From the NCBI GenBank assembly GCA_964252035.1, contig OZ176205.1: 64,000 nt of DNA; one strand, written 5' to 3'. Made by a program: the position numbers and the translations under genes. The notes beneath the pieces are model-generated. The model saw only the letters and a program-made list of their open reading frames with translations. It was not told where the DNA came from and did not search any database. Of this stretch, positions 52,778-64,000 are shown piece by piece. This DNA is from Podarcis erhardii (taxonomy: Eukaryota). Numbering within the stretch: the first letter of the stretch is position 1; each line of letters opens with the position of its first letter.

Positions 52778-53114
52778 CCTTTTGCTGGAAATACTCTCTG
52801 CCAGTTTTAGGGCATCGTGTCTCTTGTGTCCTTTGCAGAATAGGAAGTCTCTCAAATATGCTAGGTCTTTTGGGAAAGAGATCTAGCAGAGGCACTGGCA
52901 GTTCAGGTGGGATCTGCTGAGTTTCATTGCTGTCACCACCATTGCTGACAGTTATTTTAAAGGACATCTGGGAATTCAAAAAAGCTCGACTGCTATTTGA
53001 ACAGCTACCTTGGGGCAGCTCCTTCATAGGCATGACTTGGCGTTTGTCAAGGACTTCAAAGAATGCTGCACTGCTGCTACTGGACTTCGGATAATCTGCC
53101 ACTTCATAGTGCAT
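52778..53114 (-). CDS. Candidate coding exon 2 of an unidentified gene (MHYEVADY...EYFQQK)
   Basis: 112 open codons ending at G|gtgagt; possible acceptor at 53154. No homolog recognised. Confidence 0.4.
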
Positions 53115-54489
53115 ATTGATGCCCCTCTACTGGAGGGGCTCCCTTCCAAGTCTCCTACATCAAGTGGAGCAAGAAATGTTGAAGTCTGTCAACAGATTAA
53201 ATGTTGATTAGCATTCTTTATTTACTTCAGGTATGGAAACAGACACAATTGCCTATAGCAAGCAACAAATCACCTCTAGATGATCAGGAAGTACAAGTTT
53301 TCTAATCTAGAAGACAGCTGGCTGGCTGGTTTCAATTTTGGACCATCAGTCTATCATAAATGACTAGCAGACTAGAATGCAAGTAAGCAAACTGACAGTA
53401 GCACTTCTGTGGGCAGCAACATTTGTGGGCTTCCAGAGGAGTATGCATATGAGGCTGCAATCCTGCACCTACTTACTGAGAAACACACCCTACTCAACAG
53501 GATTTAATTATGAGTAGACATCTATGGGATTACAGTGCCAGTCATTCTGTAGTCAAAATATTCTCCACAATAGATGTGTGATGTATTGTGGCATCAGCTT
53601 TTATAGGGTAGAGCTCACTACAAGATACAGATTTATAAACAAGAGTAAACCCTATTTTCTAACTGATTTAAATAAAGAAATAAGATGTCTATTTCCAAAA
53701 TATGTCATTTATTCATTTTTAATATTTTACCATAATTCTGTCACTCAGAACCAGAAAAAATATTGATCATGCATGGCGTAAGTTTATCAAGAGGTGTCAC
53801 TGAAAGACTGACCATTTAGACCATAGAATGATCCTTATCCTCAACTAGGCAAACTCAGATTTGCATAGATTGTGGCCAGCAAAGTCTCACCAACAGCCAG
53901 TCTTTGGAGATGGGAATTCCAAAATCAAATTAATCCTTTCAACCCCATAGAAGGTGGCAATTAAATATATACAGCCATGGAAAGCATCATTTAGCAGCAT
54001 GTGCCCTTCTTGATCTCACACCCCAGTACACATTCCAGTCAAACATTCCAAAAGAAGAATTCCTTTATAAATCTTAAAATCCATGGGGATCCGTAAATAA
54101 CATCTATGCAACGTATTGGCTTGTGCATTGGCTAGCGCATTCAGCCTATTGTCCAATGAAGTGTAAATCAGATGCTTATTTTTTTACAGAGAACAATAAA
54201 TACCAGGCAGGAAAGACTGCAAAGTATTTTGTTGTGGCTAGAAGCTTGGAAGCAATGGGAAGTTTGAGGATTTGTTAGGTTTTGCTAATAGATGAATCTA
54301 AGTTTCCCTACAACGCTACCCTTGGTCTTCTCATGGGGGGAAGGGGAGAGGGACTCTTAATGTTTTGCTCCTGCTGATTCTTTCACTTCTGCCTGACAAA
54401 GCGCAATGGCCAAGACTGCAGCAGAACTTCGTGTTTTTTTGGGTTTTTTTAAAGCAAGTTGCATTTCTGAATTTGTTGAAACAGCACGA

Positions 54490-55310
54490 TTAGCGAACAA
54501 CGCATCACTCTCTCAGAATGCAGAACTGCCCTCCCGGCTACCTTTGGGCGCTTTTAACTTTTGCGGGGAATCCTAAGCGCCTGAACTGCTGAACGAGGAG
54601 TTCTGCTGCAGCCGAAAACTTGCTACCTGCATTTTAGAGCGATATAACAAAATTTAGCCTCGCTAAAGTAGGGGCGCGGGGGAGGGGATGCCGGCAGGCA
54701 ATAACCACTGCACGGGTCCGCATGTTTCCAGGGCAGCCTCCCCGTAGGAACTTCAGGGAGCTCTTAATGCCCAACTCCTCCAAGCAGCCAAGGGCAGAAA
54801 GAGAGGCTCCCCGCCGGGAATTAGCTAAAGAGACCAGCGCTCTGCCTTTGCAACCCACACCAGGTGGAGAGCATCTCAGTTAGGCAGGCATACCCACTCC
54901 CCTGCAGGTGAAAAGCCGGGTCCTCCCCATGCCCCCTACCTGCCGGAGTCTGTCCCGGGAGACAATGCTGCCGTCTCAACAGCTGCATCGCTGGAAGAGC
55001 TCCGACGGCGATCGCTGCTCTCCGCCTTGCGCCGTCGTAGCTTCTCCAGCCGCTCGGCGTTGCCTCTAAAGCCGGGCGCCTGATTGAAGGCAGCCGCGGT
55101 CATTGCCCTTCCAAGGCGCCGGTGGCTGAGGAAGCCCAGCCCCTGAGTCAGATCGGGCGGAGAGGAACCGCCCCTTCGGGGCTGGGATGGGCGGCGAGCG
55201 TGCAAGGGCCAGCGAAGGGACACGCGTGTGCAAAGGAGCGCACGCCGGCACGTGGCGGCGCAAAACTATCCTCGCTCGCTCCTTCTTGCCCCGGTTTGCG
55301 AGTGCATCAG
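54490..55310. promoter_or_regulatory. CpG island / probable promoter
   Basis: Abrupt GC and CpG enrichment in non-repeat sequence; GC boxes (55155-55160), TGAGTCA (55144-55150), CACGTG (55249-55254). Confidence 0.8.
54940..55103 (-). other. Candidate first exon with ATG-initiated frame (MTAAAFNQ...TDSG)
   Basis: ATG at 55103 with G at -3; donor CAG|gtaggg at 54939; lies inside the CpG island. Confidence 0.45.
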
Positions 55311-56533
55311 TGGACATCTTAGTGCCTGTCTAACTGAGTTATCCAGACATGCCCATCAAGGTGACCTGCAGGATATCGGAATTACGCCCCTAAAATGCAG
55401 CTGTAATTCTTTCTCTTCTTTCGTTTCTGCTCTCTTTTTACGGAAGAAATTGAGCATCTGTATCACACTTGTTTTTATTCATGTTGCAGCGATATCGCCG
55501 TTTCCAACTACAGTACCTGCATTTTCTTCCACTGGAAAAGGCGACTCGTCATTTCCCAGATAGCCTTTGTAATTATAGTAGCCCAGATCGCAGCTACACA
55601 CACAATGGGATTGGTATTTTGTGGGCAGAGTTGGCATAAATATACATAAACTTTAAAATAGCAGAGGACTGAATTTTGCTGAAACAGAGTAACAAGCTAC
55701 TTCTCTGGAATTTCTCACTACACTGAACAAAACACTCACGCGCTGTTCCTGAACACCAGCAGAGTTTGCCACAATGTTTATGGAAAACAGCGTACATTGC
55801 AAAAGAAGCTTATGTAGATCACAGACTACTTTGATGCATGAAGCAGAACAAAATCATCATATATGGATTTTGTAGTCCCACGGGGAGTATATCCTGGACC
55901 TAGGCAAAATGAGGTGGGATTCAGTGCCGGTCCTACTCCAAGTAGACCCATTGAAGTTACTAAACATGGCTAGTTTAGGCTCATTAATTTCAGTGGGACT
56001 ACTCTGAGGAGCATTTGGGTTGTTTACAACCCATTGTTCCATTCATTGTATTTCAAGAAAGACTGGAAAGCTCGCACTTTGTATTCTTGAGTAAAGCACC
56101 ATGCTGATTTCTTCGTTAAGGGTTGCATTATGGAGTTTGCATTATGGAGACAAGTATTAAGACCTATTCAATAAATAATTGATTACAATATTCTTAAGGA
56201 TCCTTTTAAAACTTGCTTTACTTGGGAAAGGTAGAGAACATGCTTTGCATGGCAGGGAAGGGGCACCAGTGAGATCTGAGTGGGCAACACCTTGTGGGCA
56301 ACACCTTGTGAGCTTCCTCCACCTGAGATGACTGCTTCATCACCCTGCTCATGGGTAGGCTGGCACTGACCCCTTTGCCAATTCACTGTAAAGAACAGGT
56401 CTTCACAAAAGCAGTCTGTATCCATTTTCATCAAGTTTCACTTAAATCTCTGTACAGCTAAGGGAAGCTAACCAAAGCCAATACGTAAAGATAAGGGCTG
56501 GATATAAAAAGGGTTGTGTACCGGTATATATAT

Positions 56534-56537
<4 letters not shown>

Positions 56538-56574
<37 letters not shown>
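56538..56574. repeat. (AG)n microsatellite
   Basis: Read directly. Confidence 0.95.
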
Positions 56575-56577
<3 letters not shown>

Positions 56578-57442
56578 GAGCATATCTAGCATCTATAAAT
56601 ATATTATTTTCTCTTTCCAAATCAAAGACACCCAGTCAATAGATAGGAACAGCTATATTTTGCTAAGTCAGACCATTGGTTCATCTATCTCAGTATTTTC
56701 TTTACTGATCGCAGTGACTATCTAGGGTTTCAGATGTTACATTCCCAGCCCTATCTGGTGATGGCAGGGCTTGAACGTGGGACCTTCTGCATTCAAAGTA
56801 GTTGCCCTGCAATGAGCTAGAGCAGGCATAGGCAAACTCAGCTCTCCAGATGTTCTGGGACTACAGTTCCCACCATCCCTAACCACTGGTCCTGTTAGCT
56901 AGAGATCATGGGAGCCTTTTCTGTGGCTGCTTCCATATTGTAGAATTCACTCCCAAGAGAGACTAGATTGGCTATGTTTTCCTTCTGCTAACAGGTGGGC
57001 CTTCCTATTAAAGGTGGGCCTCTGAAAACTAAGGTACAAATGATGCTGATGACTGGGTTGCTGTCAGGGCAAACTGTATTTTAATTGCTGGTTCTAAATG
57101 AGTTCTGATATATTTTAATTATTGCTTTTAACCTGTTTACTTTGTATTTTATAAAGTAGCTTGGGAGAAAGGCAAGATATAAGTACATTAAATAATAACA
57201 ATAGCCAGGTTACATTAAAGTACAGTGGTACCTCGGGTTGCAGATGCTTCAGGTTACAGTCTCGGCTAACCTAGAAATAGTACTTCGAGTTAAGAACTTT
57301 GCTTCAGGATGAAAACAGAAATTGTGCAGCGGCAGTGCGGTGGCAGCGGGAGGCCCCATTAGCTAAAGTGGTGCTTCAGGTTAAGAACAGTTTCAGGTTA
57401 AGAATGGACCTTCAGAACAAATTAAGTTCTTAACCCAAGGTA

Positions 57443-57793
57443 AAGGTAAAGGTACTCCTGCCCGTACGGGCCAGTCGTGTCCGACTCTAGGGTTGTGCGC
57501 TCATCTCACTTTAGAGGCCTGGAGCCAGTGCTGTCTGGAGACACTTCCAGGTCACGTGGCCAGCATGACGAAGCTGCTCTGGCGAGACATCACCAGCGCA
57601 GCACACGGAAACGCCGTTTACCTTTCCTCTATAAAGTGGTACCTATTTATCTACTTGCACTTAGGGGTGCTTTCAAACTGCTAGGTGAGCAGGAGCTGGG
57701 ACCGAAAGACGGGAGCTCACCCCGCCACAGGGATTCGAACCGCCGACCATACGATCGGCAAGTCCTAGGCACTGAGGTTTTACCCACAGCGCT
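57443..57793 (-). mobile_element. Sauria SINE nested in the MITE
   Basis: (ggtaaa)n tail, B box reverse complement ggattcgaac at 57731-57740, 10-bp TSD acccaaggta (57433-57442, 57794-57803). Confidence 0.9.
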
Positions 57794-57808
57794 ACCCAAG
57801 GTACCACT

Positions 57809-57937
57809 TATAGATAGGTAGCCGTGTTGGTCTGCCATAGTCAAAACAAAATAAAAAAATTCCTTCCAGTAGCACCTTAAAGACCAACTAAGTTAGTTCT
57901 AGGTATGAGCTTTCGTGCGCATGCACACTTCTTCAGA
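57809..57937 (-). mobile_element. 129-bp Penelope 3'-end fragment with hammerhead core, same family as the 24993 element
   Basis: Near-identical to 24995-25122; 12-bp TSD caaggtaccact (57797-57808, 57938-57949). Confidence 0.9.
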
Positions 57938-59953
57938 CAAGGTACCACTGTAATTAAATTAGCTACGGATATCACCTACCCATTCAGCACCCATTATACC
58001 AACTTACCTAATTTTTGCCATTTTTTCCCCAATGTTACACACTCTGCCTCCAAGGTCCCCACTGGTTCCCTGGTATAAAAAGTGGCTTTAAGCACCATTC
58101 TACATAAAAATTGGGCTAGGAAACAGAAAGAGAAGAGAGTTTTTTTTAATTGCTTTAAATAATCTCACCCTCCCAAGAAGACATGGCTTGTCCACCAAGG
58201 AATCAAAAGAATGCTACCATGTTCTTTTTAGACTTTTATTTTCTGGGCTTGTTCTAGTTGCCTAGGAAAAACTATTAACTTAATAAGCTTGGGAGCAATT
58301 GTCCTGGAGGAACCACCATACAGGTTCAAAACACATTAGAACTGTTGAAATCCATTATGCAGCAACTTGACTTTACCTCTAAATTTCCCCCCTATGCTCC
58401 TGTTTTACAGCTGGGGACCAAATTGCTCTTCCCCATATCAACAGAACATCTTTCGAAAAGTGTGGACAACCTGTAGTCACTCTTAGTTACACATGCCAAC
58501 TTATCTTTCCTAGTCATCAGCTATCACACATGTTGCATGATCACTAACAGAAGGGAAGGAGAATATCTACAAAAATAGTCTTAATAAGGTAGACTGTCTT
58601 TTAAAATTACAATGAAATGCTTATTTATTTCATAAGATGATGACAATGATGATTAGATGATCGCTTTTCAGAAAGCCTAATTATAATTACAAAAACTCCA
58701 GTGCAGCTTAAAAAACAAAAAAACCCTGAAGCAGTTTAGGGAGCAATGAACTGGGATGAGAAAAGTGGCAAAGGGAAGGGTGAGCAACCCTTTACCTGCT
58801 GTTATAATATAGCTGTTATAATACTCCAAATCACTCTCACCCCACTCCATAGGGTTCCAAACAAGTTAAAGTGCTCCACAGACTTTACCCCCATAAGCTT
58901 TCTTCCCTGATGCATGTTTGCAAGGTCCCATATAATCAGTGGGATCTGCTCATGAGTAGCATGCCTGACACCATAAACACTACTTACAGTCCCTATAAGA
59001 TGGGTTGGTATTATTATCACTATGGTACAAACAAAAAGAGATTGAAGGAATAATGTTTTATATCAGGCCATGTAGTGATTGCATGACTTAAGTAGAGATT
59101 TGAGCAGGAGTTTCCTGGCAGCCAGCTAACATTCTTAGGGCTAATGGGTAAATGGAAGATGCCACATCCATTAACAATTATATTATTTTTGTTAAAGTAA
59201 ATTGCAGGTGCACAAATCCATGCTGGGACTCTGGTTGAGAGGGGCTTTAATCATTTGCCTCTCAATGCACTGTTTATCTCTTACTTATAACAAAATGGTC
59301 TTTAGTTTCTCAGTGAAGGCCACTTCACATATTAAATTTTGGGGCATAAAAATTAACCTCTGTGCTAAAATAGCATGTACATGAAAGGTCTAACTATGGA
59401 GTTTGTGTCCAGTTGAGTGTACCTGGTTCAGAAAGTTGATACAGCGTCTGGCACCTTCACAACTCAGGTTGCTGAAAAATAAGAGACACATATCCCTTCA
59501 TTCAAATGTAAATATACACTTTTCTCTCAACACTAGGATTAATTTTCATGTCAAATAGTAATTTGGGAAGTAGCTCTGAAAACGGTACAAATTGCTAAGA
59601 GGAGACCACATAATAGGGTCACAGTATTAAGCCATGCTCTTAGTGCAGCCAGGGCCAGCCCAAGACATTTTGCTGTCTGAGGTTCAACAGCAAATGGTAA
59701 TCACCACCACCATCCCAAACTGCATAGCACTCAAAGCCAGCCAAGTAATTCTGGAGCAGACAATTCCAAAAACCATCTCTCCCATTCCTGGCAGTAAAAA
59801 TACAAGAATAATAAATAACAATTTGCAGCCCTTTAATGACACCCACAGTCACTTGCCTGTGGCAGCCAACTGACTGCCTAACAGTACACCCTGTCCCTGC
59901 CTGGCCTTGACAACTTGTGGTTGCCAAATGTAGCTCATCAGCCAAGTATGGTC

Positions 59954-59955
<2 letters not shown>

Positions 59956-60032
<77 letters not shown>
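59956..60032. repeat. Compound (TG)n(AG)n microsatellite
   Basis: Read directly. Confidence 0.95.
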
Positions 60033-60035
<3 letters not shown>

Positions 60036-61045
60036 ACACCTTGGTGCCTGCCTGAGTGTGTAAAAATAGATTGTCAAATATCTGGCCAACAACAATCCAT
60101 GGCTACTGGGCTGCATTTTGTTTTGATGGGGTCACAAGTAGTGCAGGCCTGGTCTGGTGTCACTGTCAACAATATCTGCACCAGATGGGTTAATAAAACG
60201 TTCAAGATAGGAGCACACGATCTTCCAGATCTTTGGATGTTTCTGGGGCAACCCTTTATGATAAACAAATTGGCCACTTCTTTTAGAGAAGTTCTAGACG
60301 ATGATCCTAACATCCCTCTGCTTTTGGCAAAAAACAAAAACAAAAAAAACAACAGTCTAAAGAATGTCTGAAGATTTTTGCTGAGAGGAAGATTCTGTGA
60401 TAAGAGGTATTATATTATGAATAACTGAAAGTAACTGGAGAACTTTCAAACTGAATTCACCCAATGCCATACAAAGGCCAGGTATTTATCAACATCCTTT
60501 TTCAAGAGAGAGAGAAACCCACTGGAGATATAGATTAAAGATTATTCTGACCAGTTCCTTTTAAGCTAAAACCCCTCAGTGTGTGTTTTATCCCAAGACA
60601 GAATGTATCGGTAGGTCAAACTGACCATGATAGCTGGTGGTGCCATTTTGTGGTTTTCCTATCTCAACCTGCAGTCTACACTGTACTGCACTTGTGGCAG
60701 GGGAACCTAATCACACACAGTGTATCTGTGACACTGGCAAAGGGTTGGAGATGTTTTGTACATGCTAGAAGAGTTAAGCACAAAAGTCGTCCTTGCTGCC
60801 ATTTCTAGGTGGATGTGCTTCGCTTCAGATGTGGAAGAACTGAGGCAGCTTGACCGGCCTAGGCTGTTATTATATGTTATTATTATATTCCATCAGCAGG
60901 AATACACAATGAGGCAGCAAGTGCACATGGTGTGTGTCGGTGTTTGTACATATAAGAATCAGCACTTTTCATCTTTTCTGTGCCAGAAGCTGCAGCAACA
61001 ATTTGCAGCCGAGTCATAGCTGTCTCTCCCCCGCCCCGATGGCAT

Positions 61046-61146
61046 TCAACAAAGTTTTACTCAGAGTAGACCCAATTAAATTAACAAACATGCCTAAATT
61101 AGGTTCATTCATTTCAACAGGTCTACTTTGAGTAAAACTTAGTTGA
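61046..61146. repeat. Palindromic hairpin element (MITE-like)
   Basis: Arms aagttttactcagagtagacc / ggtctactttgagtaaaactt; related partial copy near 55935-56008. Confidence 0.65.
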
Positions 61147-62663
61147 CTACCACTCACTGTGTTAAATGGGTAAAATAAAGTTCTCCTCTACCAGTGTTAG
61201 TAGGAAAAATGGATGATGGATGCTCCTTTTTTTTTTTAGTGAGGGGTTGTTACAAGAAAGCAAATGACAAGTGAAGAGAAGACCTCTATACCCTCTTAAA
61301 CTTAAGCACAAGGGATAACTTATATGCACTTGGTCACTGCTGTGTGAGGGAGAGAACACTGAGGTATATGACACCCATGTTTCTTCTTCCCAGGCCTTTT
61401 CCTGAGGTAAAGTTTTGTTATTGTTAGACATTTTTTATGATGACTTTCAGCCAAAGAGCTTCCTCAGACAGGTTCACATTAAAATTCATGTCAAATTTTT
61501 AGAACAACAAAAAAAATCCAAACGCTTTAAAATACTGTAGACTAAAAGTCAAACACATCCAAGTTTCTGCCAAAAGGCAAATCCCCACAAAAATGACACT
61601 TAGGATGCTAAGAAGATCTCAAACCAACACCATCACCCTCAAACAAGGATCAACATTTTAAAAGTCTTGCTGCATTTTTAAGGTACCAGTTCCTCACTTC
61701 CATCTATTCAAACCCATCCATTCCCAGTGTTACCTAAGGCAGCCCTTAAACTAAGACTGAAATTTGCCTTCCTCACATATAAGGGAGTTCTAAACAAAGT
61801 TTCATTCAGCATGAAGTGAGCCAAAATTTTCTGAAGATAATTTTCAGAGAAATACTGTTTGAGGACTTCACCTCCCCAGCTCACCTGCAAAAAAATATTC
61901 AGCAAAATGCCTCCCCTCAGTTTCACCACTCACAAAGAGTGTGCAGAATTTTGGGAGGCCATTTCCCCTCAGCCTTAGACCAACTGGCAGGCTGCATCTG
62001 GAGGAGCTGAATTTTACATATTTATTGAAATTTGCCAGCCAAGTGTTTGGCTGCCAGCCTTGAGCCTGTTTATAATCATGAATCTAAAGAGACAACACCA
62101 TACTTGTGAACAATGTAGTCTCTCAACAAGTAGAAAGCTTTTTTCAGTAGAAAACAACCTAATTAGATGCATTAACCTCTTAGCTTCTGGGGGGGATATT
62201 AATTTAGCCAGTTTTTCAAAACTATAGTCCATCATTATGGCTAGCTGAATTTTCTCTAAGCTTGGCTGCTTATCCAGAGTATAACTAGGTTAAATTACTG
62301 GAGAACTCTTCCTTAGTTCTAGACAGTAAAAATAATAAAATAATATAAAAGTTACAGGAGCCGTTTGTCCTTTTCTCTCCAGTTACCCATGCCTGAGGTA
62401 CTGTTGATATAGCAGCCTGAGCTTAGCTTTTATTAGCTAAAACAGAAGTAATACATATGTGGTCCCTCTTGGCCCCTTCTAGACTACACTCTCTAGGTAT
62501 ATGTGGAGCAGGGCCAATTTCTCATAACAGGCAGAAACACCCAATAATTAAACAATAGAATTATGATTTATTTTTTATTTAATATATTTACATTCCACCT
62601 TTCTCCCAAGTTGGGATTCAAGGTAGCTTACGACATTAAAAACATTAATTATTAAAATGCATA

Positions 62664-62815
62664 CCGTATTTTTTCCATGTATAAGACTAGGGTTTTTAAA
62701 CAAAAAATTAGGTTTAAAATTGGGGCTCGTCTTATACACGGGTAGTGCTAAGGGGTGTTTTCTTAATTTGGAGTCCCACCAGAATAGGGGGCGTCTTATA
62801 CACGGAAAAATACAG
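62664..62815. mobile_element. Mariner/pogo-type MITE of a different family
   Basis: TIRs ccgtattttttccatgtataagac / gtcttatacacggaaaaatacag with TA flanks. Confidence 0.85.
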
Positions 62816-64000
62816 TAATAATAAAATCAAATTAGTTAAACCAGTAATTAAAATATAATGCAACTTATTTTAAACGAGCTATTAAATTATAATTTGCCCA
62901 GTGCAATATAACAGCAAATCTCAACATGGACAGAGCTCTCCAGACTGGATGTACAAAGATTCCAGTCGTCTTCAAGACTGATAAGGGCAACTGTGTATTT
63001 GCTTAAGGACAAGCTTTGTTATTTCAAATGCACTGGAATCAGGGAGCTCTCACAGAGAAGTTGTCCTCTGCAACGCTAACCATAGCATATGAAGGAAAAT
63101 AGGCAGGTGGGTCAAAAAATGTGCATGTGACCATAATTACAGGATCTGATGTGACAGAAATGGCTATGCATACCAAACGCTACACAAGGAGCCACAAAAC
63201 CCTCCCTCCCAAACAGTTGTTTTGGGAAAGAATGGCTTTGGATTGAGATAACAGACAAGAGTTGTTTTCCAAATACAGCTTCTCTTTCTTACAGGAAACA
63301 GAAAGCTCAACCCCGAAAGTTGTTGAGCTTTGTTATTCCAACCCGACAATACTGTGCTAGATAGACCCATGAGATGACTTGGTTTAAGGCAACCTGGGTA
63401 CAATCTACCCTGAATTGCCCTTGCTTTGCAAAGTGTTACTTTATTTTTTGCAAATGCAATTGTTCCTCAGGAGTCAGACTGTATGGAATACAACCCTTTA
63501 TCTCCCATGTTTATAATGCGATTTCATGCTAAAAGCCACGAGAAAGTATAATAAAAACTGGCAGATTCTTAAGTCCTGTGTGTCCTGTGTTGCCATTATC
63601 ACACAACCCAGCACCACACATTCTTGTTGTTTTAATTGAAGAGGAAATGGATGGTGTTTGAAAGGACACACACACACACATTCACAGTTGCACAGACAGT
63701 AATTTGTGCATAGATTTTAGTGTGCCTTTCCCTTTTTCCTCAAAAGTGCACATGTCAACCAAATCACAATTAAACTGGCTCTTTCCTTCACAGCTAGACC
63801 CTGTGCACTGGCCTTGTTGCTAGGATTAGGGCTTTTCAGAAACCTGGGGAAACTTGCATGTGTTAACCCTAGTTAGTGAAGGCACTTGGGGAGCGAGGCG
63901 CAGTTCATTTGCCTACCATCTCTTGTGTTGGTCCCTCAGTGTATCTCAGACTCACATTGAAAATAATGGAATCATGATATTGCTTTGATCTTTCTTCTTT

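Larger units (their letters stand above)
57223..57950. mobile_element. Tigger-like MITE interrupted in its right TIR by two nested insertions
   Basis: Left TIR cagtggtacctcggg after TA; body runs to 57442; TIR completed at 57941-57950 followed by TA. Confidence 0.9.

Noticed and set aside
59640-60371. Overlapping ORFs of 137-158 aa
   Set aside because: They are kept open by the (TG)n(AG)n microsatellite and have no recognisable domain.

Overview
Eukaryotic, AT-rich, transposon-dense vertebrate DNA. Sauria SINEs, Bov-B and lizard-type L1 remnants point to a squamate reptile, possibly a lacertid lizard (inference). I found no rRNA, tRNA gene or CRISPR array, and I could not recognise any host protein-coding gene. 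The best-supported content is mobile DNA. (1) A very young Penelope-like element (24993-26949) has an intact RT/Zn-knuckle/GIY-YIG frame, a perfect 209-bp inverted terminal repeat, a 13-bp TSD and minimal hammerhead ribozyme motifs on both strands. (2) Two related non-autonomous L1-derived retroelements (11152-13251 minus, 17962-18767 plus) have 18-19-bp TSDs and encode a conserved coiled-coil ORF but no RT or endonuclease; this is the best candidate for an undescribed system. (3) There are six TA-flanked Tc1/mariner-pogo-type MITEs of the cagtggtacctc type, one with a SINE and a Penelope fragment nested in its TIR. (4) hAT MITEs, Bov-B, CR1, L2 and L1 fragments, older decayed hammerhead-like remnants and microsatellites make up the rest. 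A CpG island at about 54.5-55.3 kb has a plausible minus-strand first exon. Two further phase-compatible exons give an unrecognised 165-aa ORF, separated from the exon-1 frame by a single TAG.
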